Below are positions 44,857 through 61,870 of a stretch of DNA of 64,000 bases, piece by piece (the stretch's first letter is position 1; each line of letters starts with the position of its first letter). This DNA is from the human T2T-CHM13v2.0 reference genome, Homo sapiens: assembly GCF_009914755.1 (NCBI RefSeq), contig NC_060931.1. The stretch is one strand, 5' to 3'. Both the position numbers and the translations under genes were made by a program. Below the pieces are notes generated by a model. It was not told where the DNA came from, searched no databases, and saw only the letters and a list, made by a program, of their open reading frames with translations.

Positions 44857-45482
44857 AGTAATTGAAAATGAAATGGAATTGTGTAAAAGTGATTGGAGTA
44901 CCCCAAATATGGCTGGAAAGTTTGCTGATGGAGTTCCATCCCTCCCCTTGCTTCGTCCACATCCTCTTTGGACCTAGAGTCCCTGCCCCAAAGGCTCCCC
45001 TGACCCCCCCAGGCAACTCTCCTCTGTGGAGATGTACTTTCCTCTACCCCATCCCATCACCACCCAAAATGTGCCAGGCTTGTGCTGAAACGTGAGTTTG
45101 TTTATATGACTATATCAAAATACCAGTATCTCAAAACCTACTTTCCTTCATTTACAATTTCATTAAGTTTACAATTTTCAATTTACACATTTATTCTTAA
45201 AAAGCCAGAAGGCATTTCTGATGACTTCCTTAACAATGGTTATCTTTGGAGAGAGAAGTAGGATTATGGGAGACTTTCATGGTCTACTTTATATCTTTCT
45301 GCATTATTTAAAAGTCGTATTATGAGCTCATATCAGAGAAAATAAGATAATGTATAAAACTTATGTAAAAGATAATCTCTCTATAGAATATGCACATTAA
45401 AAGGTTGGAAGGATACACTCCAAAGACTGATTATTTTAGGGGAATGGCATTCTCAAGAGTGGGCCATAGAATGGATTTCTTT

Positions 45483-45881
<399 letters not shown>

Positions 45882-46508
45882 TCATGGGTTCAAAAGAATT
45901 TGGAAACACTGCTTGAAGAGCTCTGGACCTTACAAGAGGTTTAACATGCTGCTCAGATATGTTATAGGCACATAAATGTCAGCGCTAACATTGCCAAATG
46001 GTTACCACATCTACTTTATTCAGCATCATTTACTTTTGACAATAATTGGCTCCTGAATGTTCAGGAAGGTTGAAGTCATGACTCTAAATTAATAAGCACG
46101 AGTCGTGTGTGGTTGTAGAATCATTCTTTATTTTATAGCTACCCTAACATAAAATTCCCTTGTAACTCTAATGTTAGAAGTTATAAATAAGATAGTAATA
46201 AAAACGCATCAACTCATTACATTAGACAAAATGGTGGTAAGAAAAACTATCAGTAGGTTCCCAAGAGAAAAGTTACACATAAATGAATTTCTTAGAGAAT
46301 GCACATTAGGTAAGAATTTACAATATTTTTGTTACTTGGTTTTCACACCATATTTAACAGAGATACTGAATTTGGCTCAGCATTGGTGAGGGCTAACATG
46401 ATACTTACTGCCAATGTATCTCTTGTTTTTCCATTCAATAGATGTTTATTGATCATATGCTATATGCTTTCTACTTTCCCAATTCAGAAAAGATGACAAA
46501 TTACTTAC

Positions 46509-46525
46509 CATTTGTGTCCTGACAT
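46509..46525 (-). CDS. ICA1: ICA1 first coding segment (3' end of exon 2): ATG TCA GGA CAC AAA TG = MSGHK(C)
   Basis: Minus strand reads aaaacATGtcaggacacaaatg|gtaagt. Matches the remembered ICA69 N-terminus; phase 2 fits exon 3. Confidence 0.95.
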
Positions 46526-46604
46526 GTTTTCTTCTTCTTCTATTGTTGATGATTTGGGGAGAAGGGGCAGGAAAAAAGCATGAGAGGATAAGTTATATTA
46601 TAAC
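46526..46604 (-). other. ICA1: ICA1 exon 2 5'UTR portion (79 nt)
   Basis: Acceptor atttgttttatttcag|gtta at 46604 gives a 96-nt exon ending at the 46509 donor. Confidence 0.85.
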
Positions 46605-48417
46605 CTGAAATAAAACAAATATGTTTAATAGTTACACACCATATTATAGTTACATATTAATGTGACACACATAAAAGCCTTCAACCTAAGCCATTTCTAG
46701 CTGTATTTTAGGGTCTAACACTGTTACACAGTAATGCTGCACACTGGTGATGACAACAATATAGCTAAGTAACACTGGAAGAAATATTCCAAATAAAGTT
46801 TAAAAAGTGAACAGGCAGATTGAATGAAAAAGCAGGTTGCAGAAGACTACATAAAATATAATATCATTTATATAAAGCTTAAAAATATGTAAAACAATAC
46901 TATATGTTGTTGAGGTATACAATATTATAAGGTGAAGGTATAAAGAATTGCTTAGGAATGATGAACACTAAGTTCCAGACAGCAGACCACGGCAGGAGAT
47001 GGTGTGGGATGTGATGTGAGAGAGATATACAGCAGCTTCAAGTGCACACATAGTGTTCTCTTTGTGAAGCTAGGTGGTGAATATATTGCATCTGTATGCC
47101 TCCTTACAGATTTGAAATATTTTATAATCAACATTTTTAAAGAAACAAACCAGCACATTGCAAAAATAGAAACAAAAATAGAACAAAATTTTAAAACCCC
47201 AAATAAAAACCAAAAAAGGGTTGATATGCTTGAATAAGATAGCAAGAAGGGCACAAAGGTGGAAAATAGGTATCTACCAGCCTAGCCTTGTATATTTATC
47301 TCGTTAGTAAATACTGGAGTCAATGTCTCTGCCCTTACTCCATTTGCTCCACTCATGGAAGCTAGCCCACCCCAGGGCCCACCAGCCCAGCCACATTAGC
47401 CCACTTGCCAGCAGTTACTGGAAAGAACAGAAAGCTCACTACTCAAAGGAATGGTCACTGGCCAGAGGCAAAACCTCTAGCTGCCAGAGTGAGTGCTCAC
47501 AGCATATGAATGCCCAGACTGCTTCACAAAATCAATCCAATCATTCTCCTTTGGTCTCAGAAAGGATCCTGGCAACCAGTACTCCTAAAGTGATTAAAGC
47601 TTTCCTAGGCTATTTAAAAACATTTCAAGGGGACAAAATTACGATGTGCAAATCCCACGCTTCAGGTATGCAGACAAGAGAGAGGAAGAAGAGAATTTCC
47701 AGAGTGTCAGATGCCTCTGATATGACAGCATCCTGCAGTGAACATCTCTCTTCCTTGTGGAGAGCATCCAAATATCTGGACGAGCTGCTTTTGGGAATGA
47801 CATTCAGGGTAAGTAAGTAAGCTCTGCCCTCCACTCAGTGCATCATGGAGAGGCTACCAACACCCAGTCCTCTCACCACCCAGACAGCTTCACTGTAAGT
47901 ACACATTTACTTTAGTTAGCTTGAAATTTCCAACAAATTTTTTCATAAAAAGAGGGTGTTCAAAGGAAATGGAATTATCATATTCTTCTCTTGAGTTCAA
48001 TGTCACCATGAACTATTAGGATAGTTGGTACTTTTTGATTAATATTTTTATTATGGTAAAAAAGTTTATTCTTTTAATTTAAAAGTGTACAGTATAGTAG
48101 TGCTAACAATATACACTTTGTTGTACAACAGATCTCTAGAACTTTTTCATCTTGCATGATGGAAATTCTACACCCATTGAACAACTCCCCATTTTCCCCT
48201 CCCACAGCCCCCAGCAACCACTATTCTAGTTTCTGATTCTATGAATTTGACTACTTTAGATACCTCATAAAAATGCAAACACTCAGTATTTGTGTTCTTG
48301 TGATTGGCTTATTTCACTTAGCATAATGCATTTAAGGTTCATCTGTGTTGTAGTATATGACAGGACTTCCTTTTTAAGGCTGAATGATATTGCATTGTAT
48401 ATGCAATGTTGAAGACA

Positions 48418-48418
<1 letters not shown>

Positions 48419-48452
<34 letters not shown>
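48419..48452. repeat. (CA)n microsatellite, ~17 units
   Basis: Direct reading. Confidence 0.95.
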
Positions 48453-48453
<1 letters not shown>

Positions 48454-48535
48454 ATTTTCTTTAACCATTCATGTGTCAATGGATATTTAGGTTGCTTTCA
48501 CATCTTGGCTATTGGGAATAATGCTGCAATAAACA

Positions 48536-48718
48536 CAGTATACAGTGTCAAATTCATTGACAGGTTCTTGGAAGCTGCAACTATAGGCAAAGTGATATAC
48601 ACAGGTCCAGAATAACACTGTTTCATAATAATATTGATAAGAAAAAAATGGCTTATGTCGTTTTGCCTAAAGTTGCAGTTTCCAAGAACTATCAATGACA
48701 TTAAATGAGGTCTTAATG
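48536..48718. mobile_element. MER6B-like Tigger MITE with long inverted arms
   Basis: 48555-48599 and 48654-48697 are near reverse complements; central caggtccagaataac matches remembered MER6. Confidence 0.75.
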
Positions 48719-49398
48719 TATCTCTCTGAGATCCTGTATTCAATTCTTTTGCACAAATACACAGAATTTGGACTGCTGGATTATACAGTTCTCTACTTAA
48801 TTTTTTGAGGAAACTGCCTATTGTTTTCCACAGCAGCTGCACCATTTCAAGCCCACTGATGGTATGCAAGGGTCCCACTTTCTCCACATCCTTGTTAATG
48901 TTTGTTTCCATTTTTAAAAATAATAGCCATCCGAAGCATTGTGAGGTGATATCTCATGGTTTTGGTTTACAGTTCTCTGATTAGTGATGTTGTGCATCTT
49001 TTCATATTTTTTTGCCATTTGTATATTTTCTTTGGAGAAATGTCTATGCAGGTCTTTTGCCCATTTTTAAATTGGGTCATTTTGTTATTGACCCAACTTA
49101 ATTTGCAGGAGTTATTGCAGGAGTTCTCTATATATTCCAGATATTGATCCCTTATCCAATATATGGTTTGCAAATATTTTCTCATATTCTGTAGGTTAGC
49201 TTTTCACTCTGTTGACTATTTCCTTTACTATGACTTTTTAATTAATTTTTGCTTATTAAAATGCCTTTTAATTTAAATCCTTCATAGTGTAAGTTCTTAT
49301 AGTATGTGTTATTTATAGTTATAGTTAACAAAAATTGCTGAGCAAATTGCCCCTTCTACCTAGATTTCCAGGCTATTCCCAGATCATGATACCATACG

Positions 49399-49586
49399 GC
49401 AGTGTTCCTCAAGGTATTGTTTAACAGCCACTTGCATTGAAATCTTCCGGGGATACTAATATACAGAATCCTAGACCCCACTCCTTTCCTAGTGAAATAG
49501 CATCTCTGAGAATGATTCTGGGAATCTAGTTTTATAATAGGCTTTGCAAGTCATTCTTAAGCACATTAAAGTATGAGAACCACAGC
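49399..49586. mobile_element. MER5-type element
   Basis: cagtgttcctcaag...gcacattaaagtatgagaaccac ends. Confidence 0.65.
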
Positions 49587-50131
49587 TAAATGGCACACAG
49601 GGAAAATATTTTTGGAAATTGGTCTTTCTTGAACAAACTACTGGATCATAGGCACAGGAGCAAAGGAATCATAAGTGGTCAAAATAAGGTCAGCTCTGCA
49701 GGGTACATCTGAACGCCTCATGAGAAGGCAGCTGGAGCCAGTGCTAACATCTCTTTTTATATATGTTCTAACTCTACATACCAGAGACAATTAATAAACA
49801 TCTTAAGATTTCCTGACATAATCTATCTTGTTTTGCTCTATCACTTTCCAAATCCACAGCATTTAAATTGCTACTTTAAAAAATCATTATAATTGTTATC
49901 CATTCATTTCAGTTCAACAGTTTGGTTTATCAGACATAAACTGAGCATCAAATGAGTACATGCCAGTCACTCTTCCTGGCCTCAAATATAGATCAGCTCT
50001 GTCCAATAGAAATAGACTATGAGCACATTCCAAGACGGCCGAATAGGAATAGCTCCAGTCTGCAGCTCCCAGCGTGGCTGACGCAGAAGATGGGTGATTT
50101 CTGCATTTCCAGCTGAGGTACCTGGTTCATC

Positions 50132-50458
50132 TCATTGGGACTGGTTGACAGTGGGTGCAACCCACAGAGGGTGAGCCGAAACAGGGCAGGGCATCTTCTC
50201 ACCCAGGAAGTGCAAGGGGTCGGGGGATTTCCCTTTCCAAGCTGAGGGAAGGCATGACAGACTGTACCTGGAAAATCGGGACACTGCCGCCCAAATACTG
50301 CACTTTTCCAACAGTCTCAGCAAATGGCACACCAGGAGTTTATATCCCACGCCTGGCTCGGCAGGTCCCATGCCCATGAAGCCTTGCTCACTGCTAGCAC
50401 AGCAGTCTGAGATAGAACTGCGAGGTGTCAGCCTAGCTGGGGCAGGGGCGTCTGCCAT
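50132..50458 (-). CDS. L1 ORF0 homologue, open for 108 aa (MADAPAPARLTPRSSISDCCASS...); expression unproven
   Basis: Similar to remembered L1HS ORF0 (MAGAPPPASLPPCSLISDCCAS...TRFSR); Kozak context gcaATGg; part of track ORF 50132..50518. Confidence 0.55.
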   Translation of the reverse strand: MADAPAPARLTPRSSISDCCASSEQGFMGMGPAEPGVGYKLLVCHLLRLLEKCSIWAAVSRFSRYSLSCLPSAWKGKSPDPLHFLGEKMPCPVSAHPLWVAPTVNQSQ

Positions 50459-51049
50459 TGCTGAGGCATGAGTAGGTAAACAAAGCGGCCAGGGAAGCTT
50501 GAACTGGGCGGAACCCACTGCAGCTCAGCAAGGCCTGTTGCCTCTGTACATTCCACCTCTGGGGGAAGGGCATCGCTGAACAAAAGGCAGCAGAAACTTC
50601 TGCAGACTTAAACGTCCCTGTCTGACAGCTCTGAAGAGAGCAGTGGTTCTCCCAGCACTGAGCTCTGAGAATGGACAGACTGCCTCCTCAAGTAGGTCCC
50701 TGACCCCCATGTAGCCTAACTGGGAGACACCTCCCAGTAGGGGCTGACAGACACCTTATACAGGTGGGTGCCCCTCTGGGACGAAGCTTCCAGAGGAAGG
50801 ATCAGGCAGCAATATTTGCTGTTCTGCAATATTTGCTATTCTGCAGCCTCTGCTGGTGATACCCAGGCAAACAGAGTCTGGAGTGGACCTCCAGCAAACT
50901 CCAACAAACCTGCAGCTGAGGGACCTGACTGTTAGAAGGAAAACTAACAAACAGAAAGGAACAGCACCAACATCAACAAAAAGGACATTCACACCAAAAC
51001 CCCATCTGTAGGTCATCAACATCAAAGACCAAGGGTAGATAAAACCAGA

Positions 51050-52074
51050 GCAGAAACCAGAGCAGAAAAGCTGAAAATTCTAAAAACCAGAGCGCATCTT
51101 CTCCTCCAAAGGATCGCAGCCCCTTGCCAGCAAAGGAACAAAGTTGGATGGAGAATGACTTTGACGAGCTGACAGAAGTAGGCTTCAGAAGGTTGGTAAT
51201 AACAAACTTCTCCGAGCTAAAGGAGACTGTTCAAACCCATTGCAAGGAAGCTAAAAACCTTGAAAAAAAGATCAGACGAATGAGTAACTCAAATAAACAG
51301 TGTAGAGAAGACTTAAATGACCTGATGGAGCTGAAAACCATGGCAGGAGAACTACGTGACGCATTTACAAGCTTCAACAGCTGATTCAATCAAGTGGAAG
51401 AAAGGGTAGGTATCAGTGATTGAATCAAATTAACGAAATAAAGCGAGAAGAAAAGTTTAGAGAAAAAAGAGTAAAAAGTAACTAGCAAAGCCTCCAAGAA
51501 ATAAGGGACTATGTGAAAAGACCAAATCTATGCTTGACTGGTGTACCTGAAAGTGACGGGGAGAATGGAACCAAGCTGGAAAACAGTCTTCAGGATATTA
51601 TCCAGGAGAATTTCCCCAACCTAGCAAGGCAGGCCAATATTCAAATTCAGGAATTACAGAGAACACCACAGAGATACTCCTTGAGAAGAGCAACCCCAAG
51701 ACACATAACTGTCAGATTCACCAAGGTTGAAATGAAGGAAAAAATGTTAAGGGCAGCCAGAGAGAAAGGTTGGGTTACCCACAAAGGGAAGCCCATCAGA
51801 CTAATAGCAGATCTCTCAGCAGAAACTCTACAAGCCAGAAGCGAGTGGGGGCCAATATTCAACATTCTTAAAGAAAAGAATTTTCAATCCAGAATTTCAT
51901 ATCCAGGCAAACTAAGCTTCATAAGTGAAGGAGAAATAAAATCCTTTACAGAAAAGCAAATGCTGAGAGATTTTTGTCACCACCAGGTCTACCTTACAAG
52001 AGCTCCTGAAGGAAGCACTAAACATGGAAAGGAATGACTGGTACCAGCCACTGCAAAAACATGCCAAATTGTAA
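51050..52074 (+). pseudogene. L1 ORF1, disrupted
   Basis: Fragments EQSWMENDFDEL and RPNLCLTGVPE...QENFPNLARQANIQIQE; stops, frameshifts, no start ATG. Confidence 0.9.
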
Positions 52075-52137
52075 AGACCATCGATGCTAGGAAGAAACTG
52101 CATCAACTAATAGGCAAAATAACCAGCTAACATCATA

Positions 52138-55955
<3,818 letters not shown>

Positions 55956-56172
55956 CAATGAGAACACTTGGTCACTGGGTAGAAACATCACACACTGGGG
56001 CCTGTTGTGGGGTGGGGGGTGGGGGCAGGGATGGCATTTGGAGAAATACCTAATTTAAATGACAGGTTGATGGGTACAGTGGGCCAGCATGGCACATGTA
56101 TACTTATGTAATGAGCCTGCACGTTGTGCTCATGTACCCTAGAACTTAAAGTATAATAATAATAATTAAAAA

Positions 56173-56443
56173 AGAATTATACTATGAGTTTAAATGTTCT
56201 AATAGCCATGTTAAAAAAATTTAAAAACAGTGAAATTAATGTTTATATATTTTAACCCAATATATCTAAATTATTATTTCAACATATAACCAATATAAAA
56301 ATGAGTGATACATTTTACACTAATATTTTTGTACCAAGTTTAAAATATAGTATGTTATACTTTCAGCAAATCTCAATTCACACTAGCCATATTAAGTACT
56401 CAAGAGCCACACGGGGTTAGTGGATACCATATTGAACAGTACA
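56173..56443 (+). mobile_element. MER33-like element, main part (first ~30 bp lies at 49994-50023, before the L1)
   Basis: cagctctgtccaatagaaat before the L1; continuation ...tagccatgttaaaaaa...agtggataccatattgaacagtaca after it. Confidence 0.8.
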
Positions 56444-57271
56444 AGTTTCGCAGTAAAGACAGATATATAATTTCCAGAATCAGTAGAGCCTTGACATTTG
56501 CAAGGGACATATAACAATGTCCCCTTAATGAATCCCCAAATTTGCAAATTCTGCTGTAAAAATATTTTCCCTGTAAAATTGAATAAAGTCTATGATTAGC
56601 TAATACTTCATGATTCTGCAATGGAAGCTATTTCTCCACTTCTGCCACAAGGCCCTTATGAAACAAGCCCAGAAAGAATGGTGTCACATCTCCAGCTTTT
56701 TAATGACACAGAAAAGATGTCCTAAAGATCTGCTTGTGGTCATCTTACCTTGGGAGATAAGCAAAGAAGGGCAAGTAACAAGATGCTGATGGACTGTGAG
56801 CGCCAAGATATTGTCACAGTCAGCACAACTTGATCGCATGAATGTTTGTGTTTCACAGTTAAACTGTTTCCTCAAAGAAGACAAAGCAGTTGCACCAATA
56901 ATTAAGATCTGCTCAAAGAAGCAGAGGCCCAAGGATGAATAGATCAATGGAAAGCAAGTTTCTAATTTTGATATAACAACCTGGGGAGTGTGGGAATGAG
57001 TTGGTGAGGAGGAGGCTCTGTGTCTAAGGCAGAAATATAGGTGAAGGAAAGGCAACTTCCTGCTCAGAGGTGGAACTGCTGCTGAGGTCAGCACCTTCTT
57101 CTTAGGTGACACTGAGACTACCAACCTAATCCCTTTAGATTTTCCTAGACTGCACCTTGATGGGGTTACAATATATTCACCTCATGGTCCAAAGCCAGGC
57201 ATTAAAACCATAGTTGTTCTCAGCCACATCCATTTGACTGAGAAACCACCTTGCTCTGTGGGAAGAATTGA

Positions 57272-57644
<373 letters not shown>

Positions 57645-57768
57645 TTTCCTGTTCATATATGCTTGCTGTGCTGAGTCCTCAATTTTATTCCCCCGTGTAG
57701 ATGGGCAAAAGACTACAGCAATCGTCCCACTTGTCATTACTTGCTAGAGCCATTTAAAAACCATTTTA

Positions 57769-58093
57769 GGCTGGATGTGATGCCTCATGCCTGTAATCCC
57801 AGAACTTTGGGAGGCCAAGGCAAGTGGAACGCTTGAGCCCAGGAGTTTGAGACCAGCCTTGTGAACACAGTGAACTCTGTCTCTACAAAAAAATAATTAG
57901 AAGAAGAAATTAGCTAGACACGGTGGCACACGCCTGTAGTCCCAGCTACTCAGGAGGCTGACATGGGAGGATCAATCGAGCCCAGGAGGTCAAGGCTGCA
58001 GAGAGCCATGATGGAGCCACTGCACTCCAGCCTGGGTGACAGAGTGAGATCCTGTATCAAAAAAGAAAAGAAAAAAGAAAAAAAACAAAACAA
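57769..58093 (+). mobile_element. AluJ
   Basis: Diverged dimer; flanked by ccatttt on both sides. Confidence 0.9.
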
Positions 58094-59042
58094 GCCATTT
58101 TGAACAAGCTGGACAGCTTGGCCATAAGACATGCATAGTAGTTTTTTCCTAACACCCAAAGGTACACAGAATGCTAAAACAAGCCAGGTTTTAAGTACAG
58201 AGTTTGATTCATTGCCACAAAGTGGACAGGAGTCAGTTTTTCCCTAGCTGCCTTGAACCCAGATACCAGATTCTTCTCCTTGGAAATATAATCTAGGAAG
58301 GCATTTTCATTCCACATAAGCTGGCTTCCACTGCAATGAACGCTTGTTCTGACCTAGAACTTTTTCTATGCATTTCTTCAAGGCAGTGAAGTTAGCTGAT
58401 GGCACTTCTGATTACTTTTGAATTATGCAAAGAATCTAAAATTCTTGAGCCAATCCTTGTTCAGAGTAAAGCTAAGATCAGTAGTCATTCCACTATATTG
58501 GTATTCTATACCCACAAAATTTGACCAGTTTTCAATACCTTGTTCTTTCATACACTAAAACTTATCAGGCAGCAACTTGGTAAAACTCAAATGTAGTTAA
58601 TTTTTCTTCAGAGAAGCAGAAATGTGTGCCTCCTCGTCAGTTTATTAGATCAACTATTTCTTTTTAATATGGAACTGGCTTCCTCTTGAATCATGTTTCC
58701 TAAGCACGTCATTTTACTTATGCAAAGATTCATGTCTCCAATTAATTAACTTTACAACTTTAGTGGTAGAATTTTTCTCTTCCATTCAGTGGGTAGCTTT
58801 TCTGTTGGTTGGAGTACCAGCTGAAACTGAGTCCAGAGTCGCTTTTTCTTGTTGTCTGTACTGAGCATATGGTGGAATCTCTTGAGTTGCATATCTGAGT
58901 CAATGCCAAATTTGTCATTTTCCTCTTTAGTTTATTCAACATTTCTATTTTCTAGATAAAAATTGTCATTACCTTAGAGCTCTTCAGTTCTTTGGGAAGT
59001 AGGGGGCCATTTTTTCCCCCATAAGAAATAACGCTTTTTTCA

Positions 59043-59343
<301 letters not shown>

Positions 59344-61179
59344 TACACACACTTTTCAGAACAGAACAGAGTCTGGCAATGATGTGGGTGCAAAGTGGTA
59401 CATTAGAAACATCCCATAGTGAAATCACTCATTCCTAAACACCAGCTTCATAGCACCACATGCCATACAATCTACGGTACAAATCTGTTCATATTCTATC
59501 ATCACTGTGTTAGAGTCACTACCTTGTCAACTGTCAGTCATTTTTCTTTCTTCATGGAATATAAATGGTAAGACCTCCTGACCAATAGTTTTTTATATAT
59601 GATAAAATGCAGAGTAATTCTTTAAAATCAAACTTCAGTAAAATTATAAATCACTATGTGCCCCAGACTTTTGCGGCTATTTGTATATAACTGAAAAAAA
59701 GCATCTGCCATCAGAAGATGCTACAGGCTCCCTGTGATGGGGCACAAATGCCATGGCAGAGGAAACTGCCAGGGTTTGAGGGGCACAGAACAGAGGCACA
59801 ATGCTGGCTTCCCACACAGCCTCTGGGCTGAGTCTCTAAGACTTAATTAGTCATTGCTGGAGAGGCAAAGGCTGGAAGTGCGGTGGGGAGGGAAGTGGTA
59901 TTATTCTAGGCAGAGGAAATGCAGTGAACAAATTCTTCCACAGCAGAACTGCCAGTGGTGTGTGTAACTAACCGTAAGCAGTTGTGCATTATAATTTAAA
60001 GACACGCAACAGGGGAAACAGAGGGGCCAGCCTCTGAAGCACCATGTGCCACCTTCAGCATTTAGATATACTCTAGCCATTGGAGGATGGACATTCAATG
60101 CTGTTTATTTCACACTCGGTGGGCACCATGTTTTGTCCTGCCTTTGTTAGGGAGTTAGTTTTTGGACTATCCATCACAAATATTGGAAGCTGGTGACATG
60201 TCTCTCAGATTTAGCTTCCAATTGCATGGTACTAATTTACGTAACTTCTTCCTCATTCCATTTTCCTGTTATTTCAGAGATCAGTTTCATCTGGAAATAT
60301 GACCAGTCTTCAATATTTTGTTCTTCCATACACTAAAACTTACACATCATGCAATAATTTTACAGAACTCAATTGTAGTGAACTTTTCTTCAGAGAAGTG
60401 GAAATGTGTGTCTCCTACTCAGTTTATTAGACTGACTATTTCTTTTCAAATGATCTGAAGTGATGCAGGTATTTGGGTTTATTTCTCTGGTGTGTAACTT
60501 CAGAAAAAACAGAAGTCATATAATTTAGAGCCTAGAAAGAGATGAGGAAGAACTGAATAAAGCCCCTTCCTTCTGAAATGGGACTTGTGATCCAGGGAGG
60601 AACACGGCCTGAGAGCACAAAGCCAATAGTCTTCAGAGCCAGGGCTCCCACATGGGGTCCTCCACTTGCCTGATGAACAGGGGAAATACTGATTTGTCAG
60701 AGGTTTTAGCCACTAAGGTAAAAAAATAATTGGATGTCTGTGCATTTCTTTTGGGCAAAGTATGTTTTCATCATTTTTCCTAGATGTTTGTCTCTGTCAC
60801 TTCCTCTTATGTCAATAATGATTTTTACAATTTCTTATGGAGAGAAGTGTATTTGAGTATAAATATTAAAATAGTTTCAGTAGAAGCAGTGAAAAAAACT
60901 GGAACAATTCCTCCAGGCATAATTAACCATATTAATTATTATTTTTAAAATCCTGATTCATCAAATCCTGTTCTCAAGTGGTTGAGAAATGGGCATTCCC
61001 ATGGAGGATGGGAAGTTCAATTAGCCTTCCATCTTTTCAAAAGCTAGGTATTAATTAAAGTAACACGATTTTGATGAGTTTTTAATGGGTGTTTTTCCTA
61101 CCTCTGAGATATCATACAGCTTGTCCTTTTGGATTTTTGACGTGGACACGATTACCTGAGCATTCCACACAACTGCACA

Positions 61180-61238
61180 CAAGGCTACAGTGAGCTCTGA
61201 TCCCCTCACTGCACTCCAGCCTGGGTGATTGAGTGACT
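61180..61238 (+). mobile_element. Short Alu right-arm fragment
   Basis: aggctacagtgagc...cactgcactccagcctgggtga. Confidence 0.75.
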
Positions 61239-61507
61239 ACACAACTTTAAATGGATCCTGTTTCCAGTTTTGTGCCTTCTGCAATGATTTTTGATATTTC
61301 ATAAATTCACAAGTAAATGTGAAATGGGATCATGTTTTAATTTTGTGAGTCAGCAAATATCACCAAGAGGAAAACAGAATTGTGATCTTATTCATGGTAG
61401 CTAAAAGGTGAGTTTTTATTTTAACACTACAGATGCAAGCCACTGTTAAAATCTGTGTTTTCTGTTAATGAACTAAAGTCTTAGGATATTTTCTTTTATT
61501 AAAGAAA

Positions 61508-61786
61508 TTTTTTTTTTGAGACAGGATCTTGCTCAGTTGCCCAGGCTGGAGTGCAATTGTGACATTACAGCTCATGCAGCCTTGACCTCCTGGGCTCAAG
61601 TGATCCCCCCCACCTCAGCCTCTTCAGTAGCTGGGACTACAGGCACTTGCCAATAGGCCCAGCTAATTTTTTTATTTTTAGTAAAATGCCTCCCAATGCT
61701 AGTCTCAAACTCCTGAGCTCAAGTGATCCACCAGCTTTGGACTCCCCAAGTGCCAGGATTACAGGCATGAGCCACTGTGCCCAGCC
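61508..61786 (-). mobile_element. AluJ
   Basis: Reverse diverged dimer. Confidence 0.9.
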
Positions 61787-61834
61787 AGATATTTTTAAAT
61801 GATTGTTTTATTTACATTTCAAAAGAACTCAGGT

Positions 61835-61870
61835 GTTATATACAATGATTAAGTTATATACAATGATTAA
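61835..61870. repeat. Perfect 18-bp tandem duplication gttatatacaatgattaa x2
   Basis: Direct reading. Confidence 0.95.

Larger units (their letters stand above)
48040..49240 (-). mobile_element. L1MA/MB-type 3' end, interrupted by (CA)n and MER6B
   Basis: Reverse ORF2 C-terminal remnants (ORFs 48498..48911 and 48967..49185). Confidence 0.8.

Noticed and set aside
46403-46409. Alternative donor gca|gtaagt 100 nt downstream of the exon 2 donor
   Set aside because: Weaker exonic side than the real donor, and such hexamers are common.
47323-47820. 165-aa plus-strand ORF with a gtaagt donor near its end
   Set aside because: No recognisable protein family, antisense within an intron, no evident promoter or ATG start support; probably chance.
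56684-57124. 146-aa minus-strand ORF in intron 1
   Set aside because: No recognisable homology and no true ATG start; not part of the ICA1 reading frame.
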